Source: the human T2T-CHM13v2.0 reference genome, Homo sapiens
DNA length: 64,000 nt
Assembly (NCBI RefSeq): GCF_009914755.1
Contig: NC_060948.1
Strand: one strand, 5' to 3'
A program made the translations under genes and the position numbers. This document shows positions 56,715 through 64,000 of this stretch, in pieces. Within the stretch, counting starts at the first letter, position 1. Each line of letters opens with the position of its first letter. The notes beneath the pieces are model-generated. The model made no database searches, was not told where the DNA came from, and saw nothing but the letters and a program-made list of their open reading frames with translations.

Positions 56715-59700
56715 ATGGAATCGAATGGAAAGGACTCGAATGGAAATCACTTGAATAGAATGCAATTTAATAAAATAGGATCAAATGTAATGGAATGGAA
56801 TGGAAACGAATCGAAACGAAAGGAATGGAGACAGATGGAATGGAATGGAATAGAGAGCAATGGTATAGAATGGAATGGAATCATCTGGAATGGAATTGAA
56901 TGGAATGGAATAACATGAAATGGAATGGAATGGAATGGAATGCCCTTGAATTAAATGGACTGGAATGGAATGGACTCGAACAGAGTGGAATGGAAAGTGT
57001 TGAAATAGAATGGAATGGACTCCTTTGGAATGGTCTAGTATGCAATGCAGTCGACTGGCAGGGAATCAAAAGGAGTATAATGGAATGGATTGGACTGGAA
57101 TGCAATGGACTCGAATAGATTGGAAACGGAATGCAAAGGAATGGAATGGAATAGTATGGAATGGAATGGAAAGGAATGGAGTGGAATAGACTAGAGTGGA
57201 ATGGAATGGACTCAAAAGCAATGGACTGGAATGGAACTTTCTTGAATGGACTGGAATCAAACGGAATGGAATGCAATGCAATCAAATGGCATGGAATAAA
57301 ATAGAATGAAAGAGAATCAAACGGAATTGAATCGAATGGAATCGAATGGATTGGAAAGGAATAGAATGGAATGGAATGGAATTGACTCAAATGGAATGGA
57401 CTAGAATGGAATGGATTCGAATGGAAGGCAAAGGAATGGAATCTATTGGAATGGACTGTAATGGAATGGAATGGAAGGGATTGGAATGGACTCGAATGGA
57501 ATGGACTGCAATAGAAAGGATTCGAATGGAATGAAAAAGAATTGAATGGAATAGAACAGAATGGAATCAAATCGAATGAAATGGAATGGAATAGAAAGGA
57601 ATGGAATGAAATGGAATGGAAAGGATTCGAATGGAATGCAATCGAATGGAATGCAATCGAATGGAATGGAATCGAACGGAATGGAATAAAATGGAAGAAA
57701 ACTGGCAAGAAATGGAATCGAAATGAATGGAGTGTTATGGAACGGACTCAAAAGGAATTGAATGTAATAGAATGGAGTGGAGTGGACTCGAATATAATGG
57801 ACTGGAATGGAATGAAATCACATGGAATGGGAACGAATGGAATGGAATGGAAAGGAATGGAATCGAATGGAATCGAATGTAAAGGAATCGAATGGAAGGG
57901 AATGAAATTGAATCAACAGGAATGGAAGGGAATAGAATAGAAGGTAATGGAATGGACTCGAATAGAATGGACACGAATGCTCAAATTGAATGGACTCGAA
58001 TGGAATGGAAACGAAAGGAATGTCATTGAATGGAATTGAATCGATTGGAATGAAATCGCATAGAATGGAGTGGAATCAAATGGAATTGAATCGAAAGGAA
58101 AGGAAGCGAATGGACTGAAATGAAATGGAATGGAATTGAATGGAAAGTAATGCAATGGAATAGAATGGAACGAAATTTCACGGAATGGAATCAAACTGAA
58201 TGGAATCAAATCAATGGAATATAATCAAATGGAATGGAAAGGAATTGAATGGAGTAGATTGGATTGGATGGGATTGGAATGAAATGTACTGGAAAGGACT
58301 CGAATTTCATGAAACGGAATGGAATGAATTGGAACGGAATGGACTCGAATGGAATAGAATGTCATGGAATGGCATCAAATGGAATGGCATCAAATGGAAT
58401 GGAATCGAATGCAATGGAATGCTATGGAATAGAATGGAATGCATTGGAATGGAATGTCCCCTAATGGAATGGATTCGAGTGGAATGGAATCGAATATAAT
58501 GGAGTCGAATGAAATGGAATTGAAAGGAATGGGAGCGAATACAATGGAATATACTGGAATGTAATGGAATGAACTCGAATGTAATTGACTGGAATGGAAT
58601 GTACATGAATGGAATGTAATCGAATGGAAAGCAATCCAATGGAATAGAATCTAATGCAATAAAATCGACTCAAATAGAGTAGAATGTAATGGAATGGAGT
58701 GCAGTGCAATGGAATGGAATGGAATGGAATGCAATGGAATGGAATGGAATGGAATGGAATGGGATGGAATGGTATGGAATGGATAGTAATGGACTGGAGT
58801 GAAATGGACTGGAAAAGAATGGACTCAAATTGAAAGGGCTCGAAAGGAATGGAGTCAAATGGAATGGTCTGGAATGGAATGAACACGAATGTAATGCAAT
58901 CCAATAGAATGGAATCGAATGGCATGGAATATAAAGAAATGGAATCGAAGAGAATGGAAACAAATGGAATGGAATTGAATGGAATGGAATTGAATGGAAT
59001 GGGAACGAATGGAGTGAAATTGTATGCAGTAGAAGAGAATAGAATGGAATGCAAGCGAAAGGAAAGGAATGGATTGGAATGGAATGGAATTCATTGGAAT
59101 GGAAGTGAATGTAGTGTAATGGACAGGCCTGGAATAAAGTGGAATGCTACGGTCTCGAATGGAATAAAAATGTATGGAATGGAATGCAATGAAACGGAAT
59201 CGAATGTCATAGAATGTAATGGAATGCAAAAAAATGGACTCCAAAATCATTGACTGGAAAGGCTGGGTGTCGAAAGGAATTGACTCCAATGGAATGGAAT
59301 CGAATGGAATGGAAGTGAATAGAATCGAACTAAATCGAATGGAATGGAATTGATAGGAACGGAATGGAAAGGAATGCAATGATTTGGCATGGAATGGAAT
59401 CGAATGGCATCGAATGGAATGGAATGGAATGCAATGGAATGGAATGTATTAGAATGTAATGAACTTTAATGGAATGAACTCGAATGGATTCGACTGGAAT
59501 GGAATGTTCTCCAAGTGAATGGACTCCAATGGAATGGATTCGAAAGGAATGGAATCAAATGGAATGGAATTAAATGGAAATGAATCAAATTGAATAGCAC
59601 GGAATTGAATTGAATGGAATCGAATGCAATGGAATCTAATGAAACGGAAAGGAAAGGAATGGAAAGGAATGTAATGGGCTGGGATGGAATGGAATCGAAA

Positions 59701-60268
59701 CGAATGGAATGGAATCGAACTGAAGAGACTGGAATGGAATGCACTGGAATGGAAGGGAGTGTAATGGAAGGTTCTCGAAAAAAATGGAATCGAAAGGAAT
59801 GGAATTGAATGGAACGGAATAGAGTCGAATGGAATTGAATGGAATGGAATGGACTAGAGTGAAATGGAATCGAACCGCAAGGAATGGACAGGAATAGAAT
59901 GGTCTCGAATTGAATTGGATCGTATGGAATGGCATCAAACGGAATGGAATGGACAGCCACGGAATGGAATGCACTCGAATGCAATGGAGTCGAAACTAAT
60001 GGACTGGAATAGAATGGACTCGACTGGTACGGACTCCAATGGAATGGAATCGAATGGAAGGGAATCGAACGGAATGGACTCGAAGGGAAAAGACTGCAAT
60101 GGAAAGGTCTCGAATGGAATGGAAATTAATGGAATGGAATGGAATCGAATGAAATGGAGTCAAAAGGAATGGAATGGAATGGCAAGAAATCGAATGTAAT
60201 GGAATCGCAAGGAATTGATGTGAATGGAACGGAATGGAATGGAATCCAAAGGAATGGAATAGAATGGA
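56715..60268 (+). repeat. DYZ1 unit 17 (3554 bp; more diverged)
   Basis: Anchor spacing; +15 (~57645), +10 (~57865), -5 (~58750) and -15 (~59555) bp, plus many private substitutions. Confidence 0.92.
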
Positions 60269-62795
60269 ATGGAATCGAATTGAAAGGACTCGAATGGAAA
60301 TCACTCGAATAGAATGCAATTTAATAAAATAGGATCAAATGTAATGGAATGGAATGGAAAGGAATCGAAACGAAAGGAATGGAGACAGATGGAATGGAAT
60401 GGAACAGAGAGCAATGGTATAGAATGGAATGGAATCATCTGGAATGGAATTGAATGGAATGGAATAACATGAAATGGACTGGAATGGAATGGAATGCCCT
60501 TGAATTAAATGGACTGGAATGGAATGGACTCGAACAGAGTGGAATGGAAAGTGTTGAAATAGAATGGAATGGACTCCTTTGGAATGGTCTAGTATGCAAT
60601 GCAATCGACTGGCAGGGAATCAAAAGGAATGTAATCGAATGGATTGGACTGGAATGCAATGGACTCGAATAGATTGGAAACGGAATGCAAAGGAATGGAA
60701 TGGAATAGTATGGAATGGAATGGAAAGGAATGGAGTGGAATAGACTAGAGTGGAATGGAATGGACTCAAAAGCAATGGACTGGAATGGAACATTCTTGAA
60801 TGGACTGGAATCAAACGGAATGGAATGCAATGCAATCAAATGGCATGGAATAAAATAGAATGAAAGAGAATCAAACGGAATTGAATCGAATGGAATCGAA
60901 TGGATTGGAAAGGAATAGAATGGAATGGAATGGAATTGACTCAAATGGAATGGACTAGAATGGAATGGATTCGAATGGAAGGCAAAGGAATGGAATCTAT
61001 TGGAATGGACTGTAATGGAATGGAATGGAAGGGATTGGAATGGACTCGAATGGAATGGACTGCAATAGAAAGGATTCGAACGGAATGAAAAAGAATTGAA
61101 TGGAATAGAACAGAATGGAATCAAATCGAATGAAATGGAATGGAATAGAAAGGAATGGAATGAAATGGAATGGAAAGGATTCGAATGGAATGTAATAGAA
61201 TGGAATGGAATCAAAAGGAATGGAATAAAATGGAAGAAAACTGGCAAGAAATGGAATCGAAATGAATGGAGTGTTATGGAACGGACTCAAAAGGAATTGA
61301 ATGTAATAGAATGGAGTGGAGTGGACTCGAATATAATGGACTGGAATGGAATGAAATCACATGGAATGGGAACGAATGGAATGGAATGGAAAGGAATGGA
61401 ATCGAATGGAAAGGAATCGAATGGAAGGGAATGAAATTGAATCAACAGGAATGGAAGGAAGTAGAATAGACGGTAATGGAATGGACTCGAATAGAATGGA
61501 CAGGAATGCTCAAATTGAATGGACTCGAATGGAATGGAAACGAAAGGAATGTCATCGAATGGAATTGAATCGATTGGAATGAAATCGCATAGAATGGAGT
61601 GGAATCAAATGGAATTGAATCGAAAGGAAAGGAAGCGAATGGACTGAAATGAAATGGAATGGAATTGAATGGAAAGTAACGCAATGGAATAGAATGGGAT
61701 GAAATTTCACGGAATGGAATCAAATAGAATGGAATCAAATCAATGGAATATAATCAAATGGAATGGAAAGGAATTGAATGGAGTAGATTGGATTGGATGG
61801 GATTGGAATGAAATGGAATGGAAAGGACTCGAAGTTCATGAAACGGAATGGAATGAATTGGAATGGAATGGACTCGAATGGAATGGAATATCATGGAATG
61901 GCATCAAATGGAATGGAATCGAATGGAATGGAATCGAATGCATTGGAATGTTATGAAAAAGGAATGGAATGTATTCGAATGAAAAGTCCTCTAATGGAAT
62001 GGATTCGAGTGGAATGGAATCGAATATAATGGAGTCGAATGAAATGGAATTGAAAGGAATGGGATCGAATAGAATGGAATATACTGGAATGTAATGTAAT
62101 GAAGTCGAATGTAATTGACTGGAATGGAATGTACATGAATGGAATGTAATCGAATGGAAAGTAATCCAATGGAATAGAATCTAATGCAATAAAATCGACT
62201 CAAATGGAATAGAATGTAATAGAATGGAATGCAGTGCAATGGAACGGAATGGAATGCAATGCAATGGAGTGGAATGGAAGGGAATGGAATGGGATGGAAT
62301 GGTATGTAATGGATAGGAATGGACTGGAGTGAAATGGACTGGAAAGGAATGGACTCAAATTGAAAGGGCTCGAAAGGAATGGAGTCAAATGGAATGGTCT
62401 GGAATGGAATGAACTCGAATGTAATGCAGTCCAATAGAATGGAATCGAATGGCATGGAATATAAAGAAATGGAATCGAAGAGAACGGAAACAAATGGAAT
62501 GGAATTGAATGGAATGGGAACGAATGGAGTGAAATTGTATGGAATAGAAGAGAATAGAATGGAATGCAAGCGAAAGGAAAGGTATGGATTGGAATGGAAT
62601 GGAATTCATTGGAATGGAAGGGAATGTAGAGTAATGGACAGGCCTGGAAAAAACTGGAATGCTACGGTCTCGAATGGAATAAAAATGTATGGAATGCAAT
62701 GCAATGAAACGGAATCAAATGTCATAGAATGTAATGGAATGCAAAAAAATGGACTCCGAAGTCATTGACTGGAAAGGCTGGGTGTCGAAAGGAAT
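60269..62795 (+). repeat. DYZ1 unit 18, truncated (2527 bp) and the most diverged copy
   Basis: Same landmarks in order up to AAAGGCTGGGTGTCGAAAGGAAT (ends 62795); the last ~1 kb of the unit is missing. Confidence 0.92.
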
Positions 62796-64000
62796 AAATA
62801 ATATACATTATATAAAATATATATATTATGTCTATGTTATATATATTATAAAACAACATATAATAATATATAATTGTATACATAAAATATGACATATAAT
62901 ATATATTTTATTTGATGACATATAATATATATTATATATTATATATAATACGTTGTATGTATGATACCTATATTAAATAGATATTATAAGAATATGCTAT
63001 TAAATACATGTCATATATGTTATATATTATGTATTTTACATAGAATATACTGGTTACATATAATATATTCTATGTTACCTATAATGTATAATTTATTACA
63101 TATAATACGATGAATGTCACATATTATATATAATTTATAATATACAATATGTGGAATGTGATATATATAACATAAAATATATGATATATGATATACAATA
63201 TATGATATATAACACACAATATATGATACACAATATATATGGTATACAATATATACTTTATGATATGTATTATATATGTTTTACATTCTGTTATATATAC
63301 CTACTTGAAATTATATATAACTGTATAATATTTTATGTAAATATGTAATATAATATATAGAACTATGTAATATATTATATATAACTATATATTATGTTAT
63401 CTATAGTTTTATTACATAATTTACATAAAATATCACAATATAATATTTATTATATTATTTTATATTACATAATATATATTATATATCACACAATATAAGT
63501 TACATACATAATATTAAAATATAGATTATATTATGATATATTAAATATCATATATATCATGTATCATATATTGTATAATATATATTATACATTATATAAT
63601 ATGCAATGTGTCTGTTATGTGATATATATAACTATATATATAATTATATTATTATATGTATAACTACATAAACATGTAATTCTATAGATTTTCATTTATA
63701 ATATTTATAATTATATAATCATATATATTTATTTATATTCTATAAAAAATTATATCATTATATAAATTATAATATATATAAATTATAATATGTACTAAAA
63801 ATATATATATTATATATCATGTATGATATAGTATATATGTTATATATCATATTGCATATAACTATGTATTATGTTATCTATAATCATATATTTTCCTATA
63901 TAAGATATATAATATGTATTATATATTATATATGTTTTGTAACCTATATAGTATATATAAGATGACACAGGGTAAATATTATATACTATGATGTATAAAA
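62796..64000. repeat. DYZ2: Very AT-rich low-complexity sequence, probably the AT-rich part of a DYZ2 (HSat1B) unit; runs off the window end
   Basis: Seen: abrupt switch to degenerate (TA)n-rich DNA with almost no CpG and no pentamer phase. Established: Yq12 alternates DYZ1 with DYZ2 blocks, whose ~2.4-kb unit has an AT-rich part, HSATI and an Alu fragment. No Alu or full period is visible here, so the family call rests on context. Confidence 0.8.
63177..63254 (+). repeat. Degenerate 7/14-bp tandem repeat (ATATGAT-ATACAAT)n
   Basis: ATATGAT ATATGAT ATACAAT ATATGAT ATATAAC ACACAAT ATATGAT ACACAAT AT ATATGGT ATACAAT. Confidence 0.7.

Larger units (their letters stand above)
1..62795 (+). repeat. 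DYZ1: Human satellite 3 array, DYZ1 family (Yq12 heterochromatin), GGAAT strand on +, ~3.55-kb higher-order unit
   Basis: Seen: degenerate (GGAAT)n throughout. Unique landmarks (TTTAATAAAATAGGATC, AAAGGCTGGGTGTCG, GGACAGGCCTGG) recur every 3514-3554 bp, with one GGCC (HaeIII, 2434-2437 in unit 1) and one GAATTC (2395-2400) per unit. Recalled, not searched: DYZ1 is the ~3.4-3.6-kb HaeIII/EcoRI male-specific repeat, and the classic Y-sexing primer sites TTGAATGGAATGGGAACGAATGG (2298-2320) and the reverse complement of TCCACTTTATTCCAGGCCTGTCC (2429-2451) are present. Confidence 0.96.

Noticed and set aside
48-62768. Hundreds of ORFs on both strands, up to 358 aa (47631-48707)
   Set aside because: (GGAAT)n translates as MEWNG and (ATTCC)n as FHSIP with no stops in any frame. 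The ORFs overlap in all frames, repeat with the satellite period, change length with 5-bp indels, and show no domain-like sequence. The 358-aa ORF exists only because of the 1-bp deletion at ~48375.
1-62795. CRISPR-like or other repeat-spacer array
   Set aside because: There are no unique spacers and no cas genes; the variable pentamers recur identically every ~3.55 kb
1-62795. HSat2, alpha satellite or telomeric repeat
   Set aside because: No GATGAT-type 23/26-bp HSat2 pattern, no 171-bp period and no TTAGGG tracts were seen; the unit size and landmarks fit HSat3/DYZ1
63151-63160. GTGGAATGTG inside the AT-rich segment as a leftover satellite 3 piece
   Set aside because: It is a single pentamer with no flanking phase, compatible with chance
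63020-63348. Two 65-aa Y/I-rich ORFs in the AT-rich segment
   Set aside because: They are low-complexity translations of TA-rich DNA with no coding evidence
1-64000. Inversion, or Alu/L1 insertion, within the window
   Set aside because: GGAAT stays on the + strand throughout, unit lengths are fully explained by small indels, and no Alu, L1 or poly(A) tail is visible. The Alu fragment expected in DYZ2 would lie beyond the window.

Overview
This window is non-coding human satellite DNA, not a gene-bearing region. Bases 1-62795 are a single-orientation array of human satellite 3 (GGAAT on the + strand), built from a ~3.55-kb unit: 17 complete copies of 3514-3554 bp (mode 3549) plus a truncated 18th. 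Each unit has one HaeIII/StuI site and, in all but one copy, one EcoRI site. From recall, the unit matches DYZ1 of Yq12 heterochromatin. At 62795/62796 the array stops abruptly and a very AT-rich sequence begins, best read as the start of a DYZ2 (HSat1B) block. All ORFs in the track are by-products of the pentamer (MEWNG / FHSIP) or of low complexity. I found no new gene system. The most interesting signals are: three perfect heat-shock elements per unit (51 in the window); a 10.62-kb three-unit tandem duplication visible through shared variants; a diverged terminal unit at the junction that looks more ancestral; four fixed pentamer phase breaks per unit; and signs of conversion or slippage. 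All counts and variant calls were made by eye and need alignment to confirm.
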